Shown here: positions 15,261 to 31,900 of the stretch, in pieces
Numbering within the stretch: the stretch's first letter is position 1
How the letters are laid out: every line of letters starts with the position of its first letter
NCBI GenBank assembly: GCA_964016885.1
Contig: OZ024762.1
Location: 25,172,001-25,236,000, forward strand
Length of the DNA stretch: 64,000 nucleotides
Direction of reading: 5' to 3'
From: Eledone cirrhosa
Lineage: Eukaryota
Notes under the pieces: model-generated
What the model saw: the letters and a program-made list of their open reading frames with translations, nothing else
Database searches by the model: none
What the model was told of the DNA's origin: nothing
Translations under genes and position numbers: made by a program

Positions 15261-16198
15261 ATGGTAGAACACTGGAAGGTAAAATCCGTAGTTGTAGAGC
15301 ATTCAGTCCATGGGAGGAGTTAGGTAGAAGTGGTTACACAACAGTTAGTTCACCATACCGAGAACAATTGTTTCACCTTAGCGGATCCTCAGCTAATAAT
15401 GGAAATGGTTATACGGAACAGGAAGGACAACGATACGAACGCGCATGCGCAGAAACGATCAATTCACACAGACAATACTAAAATGTGTGCGAGAGTTGTA
15501 AGGGAGATAACTGTGAAAGTACGAAAGTTTTCTAGTGGATAAGAAAATTAGGATGTTGTTGTAATTCAATCCGGAGCTTTGTAATTACGTAAGAGGTGTT
15601 TCGATACGTATGGACAACGTGTGAAGAATTCATTTCTCGTGTTTAGGCAATCACTATTGCATAATCTCTTTAGAATATTTATTCGTTCATCAATACATAG
15701 GCAACACGACGGATTTCCCCTTGCGTATGGCTTGGACTTAGTGATGGCTTTCCATTGAATGGAGTTGTCTATACTTGAGTCCTTGAGAGACCATACGTGG
15801 CTCGCGAGTTTCGTGGATGAACGTCTGTCAGGGTACCTAAAGGTCGACTGGTGGTTCAGGAAGCGTTCCTTAAATCGGCCCTCTGTCATACCCACATAGG
15901 ATTTGACCTCCTGTGGTTCGTTTGGTCGGTTGGAAGTGACCACAGCTTCATAAACTACAGCGGGTGTGTTGCATTGCTTTTGAGGGGGAGAAGTTTCGGG
16001 CTCACGGCAAGAACACGCTGGGGGGTTGCTCTTGGAAGCATTTAATATTACCTGTGTGAACTGTTCGTTTCTGCGCATGCACGTTCGTACGGTTTTCCTT
16101 CCTGTTCCGTATAACCATGTCCATTATGAGCTAATGATCCGCTAGGGTGAAACAATTGTTCTCGGTATGGTGAACTAACTGTTGTGTAACCACTTCTA
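15261..16198 (-). mobile_element. 5'-truncated Naiad-type PLE with inverted pLTRs (15325-15471 / 16052-16198)
   Basis: GIY-YIG ORF 15566-16078 (CSC, VVYEA, YVGMTE, FKERFLNH, CCLC, LNTRNE, RCP); 147-bp inverted repeat; about 65-bp tail. Confidence 0.9.
15360..15395 (-). ncRNA. Minimal hammerhead motif in pLTR (mirror copy at 16128-16163, + strand)
   Basis: CTGAGGA-tccgctaaggt-GAAA-caattg-TT-ctc; palindromic ACAATTGT stem III. The mirror copy has CTAATGA. Confidence 0.6.
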
Positions 16199-16200
16199 TA

Positions 16201-17590
16201 TCTTTATATATATAAAAGCGAGGATGTGTGTGTGTCTGTGTACAACTTTGCATACTTAAGGCTTTTACAATTACCAACTGAATTTGACCAAATTTTCTGT
16301 GCACGTTGCACAGATCGCTAAGATTGTCACATCACAAACATTTTTCAAATCGACCCACGTTTAGTAATAAAAAATCGATACCAAAATTATCGGTAGAAAA
16401 ATTGATGTAAGGGAGATAAACTTTATTGACAATCCTTATAAAAAAGGGAGATAACCTTTGTAAGACATACGGGATTGCAGTGATGTTATGGGGGGTTGTC
16501 ACCCTTCTGCTATCAGGAGACTTCAGACAGACTCTTCCTATAATACCCAAAGGAACAAGAGCAGATGCGGTAAATGCATGTCTTAAGTCTTCACCATTGT
16601 GGTGACAAGTGACATCATTAAGACTAACTACCAACATGCGTGCAAGGTTGCATGGGGACCCTCTGCCATCAACATTTTCTGGAGACATTATTACAATAGG
16701 AAATGGTAACCTACCTCCGGATACAGATGGACACATAGCAATTGATCACATCTGCAATGTAGTTGAAACTATCGATGATCTCAAGGCGAGTGTATTCCCG
16801 AACTTGCGTGATAACTATACGGATTTTGATTGGCTATGCGAAAGAGCCATTCTTGCACCCAAAAATATCACGGTTAGCTGTATTAACGATCAGCTTCTTC
16901 AGCTTCTTCGTGGATGTCCACGGATATATAAATCTATTGATACTGTATGTGATCCACAGGATGCGCTCATTTATCCAGTTGAATTTCTAAATTCTTTAAA
17001 TCCTCCTGGTTTACCTCCTAATACCTTGGTTCTGAAAGAGGTAACACCAGATATTTTGCTGAGAAATATCACTCCTCCAAAACTATGCAATGGTACACGC
17101 CTTGTGGTTAAAAAACTGTCTCCACTTAGTATTAACGCTACCATTCTATCCGGATGTGGAAAATGCGAGGATGTGATAATAACAAAAATTAGTCTGACTA
17201 CATCAGGCGTGGATACTCCCTTCTCCTTTCGCCGAACCCAATTTCCCCTTCGTGTTGCCTTTGCGATGTCTATAAACATGTCGCAAGGTCAAACTCTGTC
17301 CGGCGCTGGAATTCACTTGGATGAACCTTGCTTTTCGCACGGACAATTCTACGTTGCCTGCTCACGAGTTGGCAGTAGAGATAATCTCTTTGCGTTTGTT
17401 CCGAAAAGAAAAACAAAGAATATCATCTATCCTGAAGTGCTTTAATGTTAACAAAAACTCTTATTACAGCTCTGCCTTGACTTCACCTTACTCATTACAA
17501 AACATACCAATGAATATGTCATGCAGGATATTTTGGATTATAAGTTAAAAATTTGACCATACACAGCAAACGATGCTCTCATAAATAGAT
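16201..17590 (+). mobile_element. Internally deleted Helitron carrying the C-terminal half of the PIF1-type helicase
   Basis: 5' TCTTTATATATATAAAAG after an A; LSGDFRQTLP, AILAPKN, LLRN..LCNGTRL, QFPLRVAFAMSIN.SQGQTL, FSHGQFYVACSRV, TKNIIYPEVL* (ORF 16609-17445, in-frame stop upstream). 3' CTAG end not found. Confidence 0.85.
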
Positions 17591-17714
17591 TTTCTCTTAT
17601 TCTACTCTCATTGTTTTTTTGTTTGTATACAACTCTGCTTCCATTACAACTTTTTGTACTTTAGTAAAACTGCCTGTTTTTTTTACAGATTTGCAACGTA
17701 AAAAAAAGGCAGTT

Positions 17715-19275
<1,561 letters not shown>

Positions 19276-19475
19276 AGGAGATGCGACCGATAGATAGTAT
19301 CAGCAATGGTAAGACAAATGGAAACCTTGTTTCCCTGGTCCGATCTGATGAGGTCCACCCCACTCGGCAAGCCAATGAGGTCTGGGATCTTGTCGACCAA
19401 ACAGAGCGAGAGCTTTACATATATATACATGCATACACATACACACATGCACAGAATATACACTCGCAGGCACAT

Positions 19476-19508
<33 letters not shown>

Positions 19509-19729
19509 CGGATGCCAAATACACGCACTGATAAATACTGATTGGCATACTCACACTCTGACATTCACACACAGTCACAAACACACTTACATACACATGT
19601 ACACATACATACACACAGGCATTTCACATATCTTCGCTTTACGTATTCCTGGGAGGGAAATGTGGGCAGAGTTCTCAAACACTCATTTCTATAGGACCTC
19701 TCAGAGACCTAGCTTCAACACAGCCTTAT

Positions 19730-19910
19730 ATCTGAGGGTCGAAGTCAATGGACTTATGGACCACTAGCCTCCATCTTTTCCTGTCTCTTGCCGTTGAAGT
19801 ACATTCCGCCAAACTCCTTCCTGTCCATTCCTTAATAGTATCCATCCATCTCATTTACTCCTACACCCTAGCCGCTTTCCCTTGTGTTCATCCCTCAAGG
19901 ATGTGAGTAG
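19730..19910 (-). mobile_element. RTE-clade LINE 3' fragment
   Basis: Reverse complement translates ILEG*TQGK...MRWMDTIKEWTGRSLAECTSTARDRKRWRLVVH, typical of an RTE ORF2 C-terminus. Confidence 0.75.
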
Positions 19911-19984
19911 TAAAAATTAGAGCACTGATGACATGACCAACACATTGAAGTTTTCTCTTCCTCACTCTTTCAGCCGACTGTCTA

Positions 19985-22900
19985 TTGGCACCAATCTCTT
20001 TCGGGACAGATTCATTCTTCTCAGAAACAACCAGCACCTATTGAACCGGCTGGATTCCCAAGAGAGACCAGCCGATCTCATGGATATTACCCTACCTTCC
20101 AGCTCAGGTTGTATCCCTGGATATGATGCCAGTTTGTTTTGTCCGTAAAATCTATCCAGCGATTCTTTTACTGAGACATTCTAACCACATGCCCGAAGTA
20201 TTAGAGCAGTGATCTCTCAATTCAGAGGTTGTTTCCACAGACATTCTAACCACATGCCCGAAGTATTAGAGCAGTGATCTCTCAATTCAGAGGTTCTTTC
20301 CACAGACATTCTAACCACATGCCCGAAGTATTAGAGCAGTGATCTCTCAATTCAGAGGTTCTTTCCACAGACATTCTAACCACATGCCCGAAGTATTAGA
20401 GCAGGGATCTCTCAATTCAGAGGTTCTTTCCACAGACATTCTAACCACATGCCCGAAGTATTAGAGCAGGGATCTCTCAATTCAGAGGTTCTTTCCACAG
20501 ACATTCTAACCACATGCCCGAAGTATTAGAGCAGGGATCTCTCAATTCAGAGGTTCTTTCCACAGACATTCTAACCACATGCCCGAAGTATTAGAGCAGT
20601 GATCTCTCAATTCAGAGGTTCTTTCCACAGACACTCTAACCACATGCCCGAAGTATTAGAGCAGTGATCTCTCAATTCAGAGGTTCTTTCCACAGACATT
20701 CTAACCACATGCCCGAAGTATTAGAGCAGTGATCTCTCAATTCAGAGGTTCTTTCCACAGACATTCTAACCACATGCCCGAAGAATTAGAGCAGGGATCT
20801 CTCAATTCAGAGGTTCTTTCCACAGACATTCTGACCACATGCCCGAAGTATTAGAGCAGGGATCTCTCAATTCAGAGGTTCTTTCCACAGACATTCTAAC
20901 CACATGCCCGAAGTATTAGAGCAGTGATCTCTCAATTCAGAGGTTCTTTCCACACACATTCTAACCACATGCCCGAAGTATTGGAGCAGGGATCTCTCAA
21001 TTCAGAGGTTCTTTCCACACACATTCTAACCACATGCCCGAAGTATTGGAGCAGGGATCTCTCAATTCAGAGGTTCTTTCCACAGACATTCTAACCACAT
21101 GCCCGAAGTATTAGAGCAGTGATCTCTCAATTCAGAGGTTCTTTCCACACACATTCTAACCACATGCCCGAAGTATTGGAGCAGGGATCTCTCAATTTAG
21201 AGGTTCTTTTCCACAGACATTCTAACCACATGCCCGAAGTATTAGAGCAGTGATCTCTCAATTCAGAGGTTCTTTCCACAGACATTCTAACCACATGCCC
21301 GAAGTATTAGAGCAGTGATCTCTCAATTCAGAGGTTCTTTCCACAGACATTCTAACCACATGCCCGAAGTATTAGAGCAGTGATTTCTCAATTCAGAGGT
21401 TCTTTCCACAGACATTCTAACCACATGCCCGAAGTATTAGAGCAGTGATCTCTCAATTCAGAGGTTCTTTCCACAGACATTCTAACCACATGCCCGAAGT
21501 ATTAGAGCAGTGATCTCTCAATTCAGAGGTTCTTTCCACAGACATTCTAACCACATGCCCGAAGTATTCGAGCAGTGATCTCTCAATTCAGAGGTTCTTT
21601 CCACAGACATTCTAACCACATGCCCGAAGTATTAGAGCAGGGATCTCTCAATTCAGAGGTTCTTTCCACAGACATTCTAACCACATGCCCGAAGTATTAG
21701 AGCAGTGATCTCTCAATTCAGAGGTTCTTTCCACAGACATTATAACCACATGCCCGAAGTATTAGAGCAGTGATCTCTGAATTCAGAGGTTCTTTCCACA
21801 GACATTCTAACCACATGCCCGAAGTATTAGAGCAGTGATCTCTCAATTCAGAGGTTCTTTCCACAGACATTCTAACCACATGCCCGAAGTATTAGAGCAG
21901 TGATCTCTCAATTCAGAGGTTCTTTCCACAGACATTCTAACCACATGCCCGAAGTATTAGAGCAGTGATCTCTCAATTCAGAGGTTCTTTCCACAGACAT
22001 TCTAACCACATGCCCGAAGTATTAGAGCAGTGATCTCTCAATTCAGAGGTTCTTTCCACAGACATTCTAACCACATGCCCGAAGTATTAGAGCAGGGATC
22101 TCTCAATTCAGAGGTTCTTTCCACAGACATTCTAACCACATGCCCGAAGTATTAGAGCAGTGATCTCTCAATTCAGAGGTTCTTTCCACAGACATTCTAA
22201 CCACATGCCCGAAGTATTAGAGCAGTGATTTCTCAATTCAGAGGTTCTTTCCACAGACATTCTAACCACATGCCCGAAGTATTAGAGCAGTGATCTCTCA
22301 ATTCAGAGATTCTTTCCACAGACATTCTAACCACATGCCCGAAGTATTAGAGCAGTGATCTCTCAATTCAGAGATTCTTTCCACAGACATTCTAACCACA
22401 TGCCCGAAGTATTAGAGCAGTGATCTCTCAATTCAGAGGTTCTTTCCACAGACATTCTAACCACATGCCCGAAGTATTAGAGCAGGGATCTCTCAATTCA
22501 GAGGTTCTTTCCACAGACATTCTAACCACATGCCCGAAGTATTAGAGCAGTGATTTCTCAATTCAGAGGTTCTTTCCACAGACATTCTAACCACATGCCC
22601 GAAGTATTAGAGCAGTGATCTCTCAATTCAGAGATTCTTTCCACAGACATTCTAACCACATGCCCGAAGTATTAGAGCATTGATCTCTCAATTCAGAGGT
22701 TCTTTCCACAGACATTCTAACCACATGCCCGAAGTATTAGAGCAGTGATCTCTCAATTCAGAGGTTCTTTCCACAGACATTCTAACCACATGCCCGAAGT
22801 ATTAGAGCAGTGATCTCTCAATTCAGAGATTCTTTTCACAGACATTCTAACCACATGCCCGAAGTATTAGAGCAGTGATCTCTCAATTCAGAGGTTCTTT

Positions 22901-25900
22901 CCACAGACATTCTAACCACATGCCCGATGTATTAGAGCAGTGATCTCTCAACTCGGAGATTCTTTCCACAGACATTCTAACCACATGCCCGAAGTATTAG
23001 AGCAGGGATCTCTCAATTCAGAGGTTCTTTCCACAGACATTCTAACCACATGCCCGAAGTATTAGAGCAGGGATCTCTCAATTCAGAGGTTCTTTCCACA
23101 GACATTCTAACCACATGCCCGAAGTATTAGAGCAGGGATCTCTCAATTCAGAGGTTCTTTCCACAGACATTCTAACCACATGCCCGAAGTATTAGAGCAG
23201 GGATCTCTCAATTCAGAGGTTGTTTCCACAGACATTCTAACCACATGCCCGAAGTATTAGAGCAGGGATCTCTCAATTCAGAGGTTCTTTCCACAGACAT
23301 TCTAACCACATGCCCGAAGTATTAGAGCAGGGATCTCTCAACTCGGAGATTCTTTCCACAGACATTCTAACCACATGCCCGAAGTATTAGAGCAGTGATC
23401 TCTCAATTCAGAGATTCTTTCCACAGACATTCTAACCACATGCCCGAAGTATTAGAGCAGGGATCTCTCAATTCAGAGATTCTTTCCACAGACATTCTAA
23501 CCACATGCCCGAAGTATTAGAGCAGGGATCTCTCAATTCAGAGGTTCTTTCCACAGACATTCTAACCACATGCCCGAAGTATTAGAGCAGTGATCTCTCA
23601 ATTCAGAGGTTCTTTCCACAGACATTCTAACCACATGCCCGAAGTATTAGAGCAGTGATCTCTCAATTCAGAGGTTCTTTCCACAGACATTCTAACCACA
23701 TGCCCGAAGTATTAGAGCAGTGATCTCTCAATTCAGAGGTTCTTTCCACAGACATTCTAACCACATGCCCGAAGTATTAGAGCAGTGATCTCTCAATTCA
23801 GAGGTTCTTTCCACAGACATTCTAACCACATGCCCGAAGTATTAGAGCAGGGATCTCTCAATTCAGAGGTTCTTTCCACAGACATTCTAACCACATGCCC
23901 GAAGTATTAGAGCAGTGATCTCTCAATTCAGAGGTTCTTTCCACAGACATTCTAACCACATGCCCGAAGTATTAGAGCAGTGATTTCTCAATTCAGAGGT
24001 TCTTTCCACAGACATTCTAACCACATGCCCGAAGTATTAGAGCAGTGATCTCTCAATTCAGAGATTCTTTCCACAGACATTCTAACCACATGCCCGAAGT
24101 ATTAGAGCAGTGATCTCTCAATTCAGAGATTCTTTCCACAGACATTCTAACCACATGCCCGAAGTATTAGAGCAGTGATCTCTCAATTCAGAGGTTCTTT
24201 CCACAGACATTCTAACCACATGCCCGAAGTATTAGAGCAGGGATCTCTCAATTCAGAGGTTCTTTCCACAGACATTCTAACCACATGCCCGAAGTATTAG
24301 AGCAGTGATTTCTCAATTCAGAGGTTCTTTCCACAGACATTCTAACCACATGCCCGAAGTATTAGAGCAGTGATCTCTCAATTCAGAGATTCTTTCCACA
24401 GACATTCTAACCACATGCCCGAAGTATTAGAGCATTGATCTCTCAATTCAGAGGTTCTTTCCACAGACATTCTAACCACATGCCCGAAGTATTAGAGCAG
24501 TGATCTCTCAATTCAGAGGTTCTTTCCACAGACATTCTAACCACATGCCCGAAGTATTAGAGCAGTGATCTCTCAATTCAGAGATTCTTTTCACAGACAT
24601 TCTAACCACATGCCCGAAGTATTAGAGCAGTGATCTCTCAATTCAGAGGTTCTTTCCACAGACATTCTAACCACATGCCCGATGTATTAGAGCAGTGATC
24701 TCTCAACTCGGAGATTCTTTCCACAGACATTCTAACCACATGCCCGAAGTATTAGAGCAGGGATCTCTCAATTCAGAGGTTCTTTCCACAGACATTCTAA
24801 CCACATGCCCGAAGTATTAGAGCAGGGATCTCTCAATTCAGAGGTTCTTTCCACAGACATTCTAACCACATGCCCGAAGTATTAGAGCAGGGATCTCTCA
24901 ATTCAGAGGTTCTTTCCACAGACATTCTAACCACATGCCCGAAGTATTAGAGCAGGGATCTCTCAATTCAGAGGTTGTTTCCACAGACATTCTAACCACA
25001 TGCCCGAAGTATTAGAGCAGGGATCTCTCAATTCAGAGGTTCTTTCCACAGACATTCTAACCACATGCCCGAAGTATTAGAGCAGGGATCTCTCAACACG
25101 GAGATTCTTTCCACAGACATTCTAACCACATGCCCGAAGTATTAGAGCAGTGATCTCTCAATTCAGAGATTCTTTCCACAGACATTCTAACCACATGCCC
25201 GAAGTATTAGAGCAGGGATCTCTCAACTCGGAGATTCTTTCCACAGACATTCTAACCACATGCCCGAAGTATTAGAGCAGGGATCTCTCAATTCAGAGGT
25301 TCTTTCCACAGACATTCTAACCACATGCCCGAAGTATTAGAGCAGGGATCTCTCAATTCAGAGGTTGTTTCCACAGACATTCTAACCACATGCCCGAAGT
25401 ATTAGAGCAGGGATCTCTCAATTCAGAGGTTCTTTCCACAGACATTCTAACCACATGCCCGAAGTATTAGAGCAGTGATCTCTCAATTCAGAGGTTCTTT
25501 CCACAGACATTATAACCACATGCCCGAAGTATTAGAACAGTGATCTCTCAATTCAGAGGTTCTTTCCACAGACATTCTAACCACATGCCCGAAGTATTAG
25601 AGCAGGTATCTCTCAATTCAGAGGTTCTTTCCACAGACATTATAACCACATGCCCGAAGTATTAGAGCAGTGATCTCTCAATTCAGAGGTTCTTTCCACA
25701 GACATTCTAACCACATGCACGAAGTATTAGAGCAGTGATCTCTCAATTCAGAGGTTCTTTCCACAGACATTCTAACCACATGCCCGAAGTATTAGAGCAG
25801 TGATCTCTCTATTCAGAGGTTCTTTCCACAGACATTCTAAAAACATGCCCGAAGTATTAGAGCAGTGATTTCTCAATTCAGAGGTTCTTTCCACAGACAT

Positions 25901-28900
25901 TCTAACCACATGCCCGAAGTATTAGAGCAGTGATCTCTCAATTCAGAGGTTCTTTCAACAGACATTCTAACCACATGCCCGAAGTATTAGAGCAGTGATC
26001 TCTCAATTCAGAGATTTTTTCACAGACATTCTAACCACATGCCCGAAGTATTAGAGCAGTGATCTCTCAATTCAGAGGTTCTTTCCACAGACATTCTAAC
26101 CACATGCCCGATGTATTAGAGCAGTGATCTCTCAACTCGGAGATTCTTTCCACAGACATTCTAACCACATGCCCGAAGTATTAGAGCAGGGATCTCTCAA
26201 TTCAGAGGTTCTTTCCACAGACATTCTAACCACATGCCCGATGTATTAGAGCAGTGATCTCTCAACTCGGAGATTCTTTCCACAGACATTCTAACCACAT
26301 GCCCGAAGTATTAGAGCAGGGATCTCTCAACTCGGAGATTCTTTCCACAGACATTCTAACCACATGCCCGAAGTATTAGAGCAGGGATCTCTCAATTCAG
26401 AGGTTCTTTCCACAGACATTCTAACCACATGCCCGAAGTATTAGAGCAGGGATCTCTCAATTCAGAGGTTGTTTCCACAGACATTCTAACCACATGCCCG
26501 AAGTATTAGAGCAGGGATCTCTCAATTCAGAGGTTGTTTCCACAGACATTCTAACCACATGCCCGAAGTATTAGAGCAGGGATCTCTCAATTCAGAGGTT
26601 GTTTCCACAGACATTCTAACCACATGCCCGAAGTATTAGAGCAGGGATCTCTCAATTCAGAGGTTCTTTCCACAGACATCCTAACCACATGCCCGAAGTA
26701 TTGGAGCAGGGATCTCTCAATTCAGAGGTTCTTTCCACAGACATTCTAACCACATGCCCGAAGTATTAGAGCAGTGATCTCTCAATTCAGAGGTTCTTTC
26801 CACAGACATTCTAACCACATGCCCGAAGTATTAGAGCAGTCATTTCTCAATTCAGAGGTTCTTTCTACAGACATTCTAACCACATGCCCGAAGTATTAGA
26901 GCAGTGATCTCTCAATTCAGAGGTTCTTTCCACAGACATTCTAACCACATGCCCGAAGTATTAGAGCAGTGATTTTTCAATTCAGAGGTTCTTTCCACAG
27001 ACATTCTAACCACATGCCCGAAGTATTAGAGCAGTGATCTCTCAATTCAGAGGTTCTTTCCACAGACATTCTAACCACATGCCCGAAGTATTAGAGCAGT
27101 GATTTCTCAATTCAGAGGTTCTTTCCACAGACATTCTAACCACATGCCCGAAGTATTAGAGCAGTGATCTCTCAATTCAGAGGTTCTTTCCACAGACATT
27201 CTAACCACATGCCCGAAGTATTAGAGCAGTGATTTCTCAATTCAGAGGTTCTTTCCACAGACATTCTAACCACATGCCCGAAGTATTAGAGCAGTGATCT
27301 CTCAATTCAGAGGTTCTTTCCACAGACATTCTAACCACATGCCCGAAGTATTAGAGCAGTGATCTCTCAATTCAGAGATTCTTTTCACAGACATTCTAAC
27401 CACATGCCCGAAGTATTAGAGCAGTGATCTCTCAATTCAGAGGTTCTTTCAACAGACATTCTAACCACATGCCCGAAGTATTAGAGCAGTGATCTCTCAA
27501 TTCAGAGGTTGTTTCCACAGACATTCTAACCACATGCCCGAAGTATTAGAGCAGGGATCTCTCAATTCAGAGGTTCTTTCCACAGACATTCTAACCACAT
27601 GCCCGATGTATTAGAGCAGTGATCTCTCAACTCGGAGATTCTTTCCACAGACATTCTAACCACATGCCCAAAGTATTAGAGCAGGGATCTCTCAATTCAG
27701 AGGTTGTTTCCACAGACATTCTAACCACATGCCCGAAGTATTAGAGCAGGGATCTATCAATTCAGAGGTTGTTTCCACAGACATTCTAGCCACATGCCCG
27801 AAGTATTAGAGCAGGGATCTCTCAATTCAGAGGTTGTTTCCACAGACATTCTAACCACATGCCCGAAGTATTAGAGCAGGGATCTATCAATTCAGAGGTT
27901 CTTTCCACAGACATTCTAACCACATGCCCGAAGTATTAGAGCAGGGATCTCTCAATTCAGAGGTTCTTTCCACAGACATTCTAACCACATGCCCGAAGTA
28001 TTAGAGCAGGGATCTCTCAATTCAGAGGTTCTTTCCACAGACATTCTAACCACATGCCCGAAGTATTAGAGCAGGGATCTCTCAATTCAGAGGTTCTTTC
28101 CACAGACATTCTAACCACATGCCCGAAGTATTAGAGCAGGGATCTCTCAATTCAGAGGTTCTTTCCACAGACATTCTAACCACATGCCCGAAGTATTAGA
28201 GCAGGGATCTATCAATTCAGAGGTTGTTTCCACAGACATTCTAGCCACATGCCCGAAGTATTAGAGCAGGGATCTCTCAACTCGGAGATTCTTTCCACAG
28301 ACATTCTAACCACATGCCCGAAGTATTAGAGCAGGGATCTCTCAACTCGGAGATTCTTTCCACAGACATTCTAACCACATGCCCGAAGTATTAGAGCAGG
28401 GATCTCTCAATTCAGAGGTTCTTTCCACAGACATTCTAACCACATGCCCGAAGTATTAGAGCAGGGATCTCTCAATTCAGAGGTTGTTTCCACAGACATT
28501 CTAGCCACATGCCCGAAGTATTAGAGCAGGGATCTCTCAATTCAGAGGTTGTTTCCACAGACATTCTAACCACATGCCCGAAGTATTAGAGCAGGGATCT
28601 ATCAATTCAGAGGTTCTTTCCACAGACATTCTAACCACATGCCCGAAGTATTAGAGCAGGGATCTCTCAATTCAGAGGTTGTTTCCACAGACATTCTAAC
28701 CACATGCCCGAAGTATTAGAGCAGGGATCTCTCAATTCAGAGGTTGTTTCCACAGACATTCTAACCACATGCCCGAAGTATTAGAGCAGGGATCTCTCAA
28801 TTCAGAGGTTCTTTCCACAGACATTCTAACCACATGCCCGAAGTATTAGAGCAGGGATCTATCAATTCAGAGGTTCTTTCCACAGACATTCTAACCACAT

Positions 28901-31900
28901 GCCCGAAGTATTAGAGCAGGGATCTCTCAATTCAGAGGTTGTTTCCACAGACATTCTAACCACATGCCCGAAGTATTAGAGCAGGGATCTCTCAATTCAG
29001 AGGTTCTTTCCACAGACATTCTAACCACATGCCCGAAGTATTAGAGCAGGGATCTCTCAATTCAGAGGTTCTTTCCACAGACATTCTAACCACATGCCCG
29101 AAGTATTAGAGCAGGGATCTCTCAATTCAGAGGTTCTTTCCACAGACATTCTAACCACATGCCCGAAGTATTAGAGCAGGGATCTCTCAATTCAGAGGTT
29201 CTTTCCACAGACATTCTAACCACATGCCCGAAGTATTAGAGCAGGGATCTCTCAATTCAGAGGTTCTTTCCACAGACATTCTAACCACATGCCCGAAGTA
29301 TTAGAGCAGGGATCTCTCAATTCAGAGGTTCTTTCCACAGACATTCTAACCACATGCCCGAAGTATTAGAGCAGGGATCTCTCAATTCAGAGGTTCTTTC
29401 CACAGACATTCTAACCACATGCCCGAAGTATTAGAGCAGGGATCTCTCAATTCAGAGGTTCTCTCCACAGACATTCTAACCACATGCCCGAAGTATTAGA
29501 GCAGGGATCTCTCAATTCAGAGGTTCTTTCCACAGACATTCTAACCACATGCCCGAAGTATTAGAGCAGTGATCTCTCAATTCAGAGGTTCTTTCAACAG
29601 ACATTCTAACCACATGCCCGAAGTATTAGAGCAGTGATCTCTCAATTCAGAGATTCTTTTCACAGACATTCTAACCACATGCCCGAAGTATTAGAGCAGG
29701 GATCTCTCAATTCAGAGGTTCTTTCCACAGACATTCTAACCACATGCCCGATGTATTAGAGCAGTGATCTCTCAACTCGGAGATTCTTTCCACAGACATT
29801 CTAACCACATGCCCGAAGTATTAGAGCAGGGATCTCTCAATTCAGAGGTTCTTTCCACAGACATTCTAACCACATGCCCGAAGTATTAGAGCAGGGATCT
29901 CTCAATTCAGAGGTTCTTTCCACAGACATTCTAACCACATGCCCGAAGTATTAGAGCAGGGATCTCTCAATTCAGAGGTTGTTTCCACAGACATTCTAAC
30001 CACATGCCCGAAGTATTAGAGCAGGGATCTCTCAATTCAGAGGTTGTTTCCACAGACATTCTAACCACATGCCCGAAGTATTAGAGCAGGGATCTCTCAA
30101 TTCAGAGGTTCTTTCCACAGACATTCTAACCACATGCCCGAAGTATTAGAGCAGGGATCTCTCAATTCAGAGGTTCTTTCCACAGACATTCTAACCACAT
30201 GCCCGAAGTATTAGAGCAGGGATCTCTCAATTCAGAGGTTCTTTCCACAGACATTCTAACCACATGCCCGAAGTATTAGAGCAGGGATATCTCAATTCAG
30301 AGGTTGTTTCCACAGACATTATAACCACATGCCCGAAGTATTAGAGCAGGGATCTCTCAATTCAGAGGTTGTTTCCACAGACATTCTAACCACATGCCCG
30401 AAGTATTAGAGCAGTGATCTCTCAATTCAGAGATTCTTTCCACAGACATTCTAACCACATGCCCGAAGTATTAGAGCAGGGATCTCTCAACTCGGAGATT
30501 TTTTCCACAGACATTCTAACCACATGCCCGAAGTATTAGAGCAGGGATCTCTCAATTCAGAGGTTCTTTCCACAGACATTCTAACCACATGCCCGAAGTA
30601 TTAGAGCAGGGATCTCTCTATTCAGAGGTTGTTTCCACAGACATTCTAACCACATGCCCGAAGTATTAGAGCAGGGATCTCTCAATTCAGAGGTTCTTTC
30701 CACAGACATTATAACCACATGCCCGAAGTATTAGAGCAGGGATCTCTCAATTCAGAGGTTGTTTCCACAGACATTCTAACCACATGCCCGAAGTATTAGA
30801 GCAGGGATCTCTCAATTCAGAGGTTCTTTCCACAGACATTATAACCACATGCCCGAAGTATTAGAGCAGGGATCTCTCAATTCAGAGGTTGTTTCCACAG
30901 ACATTCTAACCACATGCCCGAAGTATTAGAGCAGGGATCTCTCAATTCAGAGGTTCTTTCCACAGACATTCTAACCACATGCCCGAAGTATTAGAGCAGT
31001 GATCTCTCAATTCAGAGGTTCTTTCAACAGACATTCTAACCACATGCCCGAAGTATTAGAGCAGGGATCTCTCAATTCAGAGGTTGTTTCCACAGACATT
31101 CTAACCACATGCCCGAAGTATTAGAGCAGGGATCTCTCAATTCAGAGGTTCTTTCCACAGACATTCTAACCACATGCCCGAAGTATTAGAGCAGTGATCT
31201 CTCAATTCAGAGATTCTTTTCACAGACATTCTAACCACATGCCCGAAGTATTAGAGCAGGGATCTCTCAATTCAGAGGTTCTTTCCACAGACATTCTAAC
31301 CACATGCCCGATGTATTAGAGCAGTGATCTCTCAACTCGGAGATTCTTTCCACAGACATTCTAACCACATGCCCGAAGTATTAGAGCAGGGATCTCTCAA
31401 TTCAGAGGTTCTTTCCACAGACATTCTAACCACATGCCCGAAGTATTAGAGCAGGGATCTCTCAATTCAGAGGTTCTTTCCACAGACATTCTAACCACAT
31501 GCCCGAAGTATTAGAGCAGGGATCTCTCAATTCAGAGGTTGTTTCCACAGACATTCTAACCACATGCCCGAAGTATTAGAGCAGGGATCTCTCAATTCAG
31601 AGGTTCTTTCCACAGACATTCTAACCACATGCCCGAAGTATTAGAGCAGGGATATCTCAATTCAGAGGTTGTTTCCACAGACATTATAACCACATGCCCG
31701 AAGTATTAGAGCAGGGATCTCTCAATTCAGAGGTTGTTTCCACAGACATTCTAACCACATGCCCGAAGTATTAGAGCAGTGATCTCTCAATTCAGAGATT
31801 CTTTCCACAGACATTCTAACCACATGCCCGAAGTATTAGAGCAGGGATCTCTCAACTCGGAGATTTTTTCCACAGACATTCTAACCACATGCCCGAAGTA

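Noticed and set aside
19340-19417. CTGATGAG-gtc...gac-CAAAC as a hammerhead
   Set aside because: GAAA is mutated, and the cleavage triplet and stem I 3' strand are missing; at best a relic.
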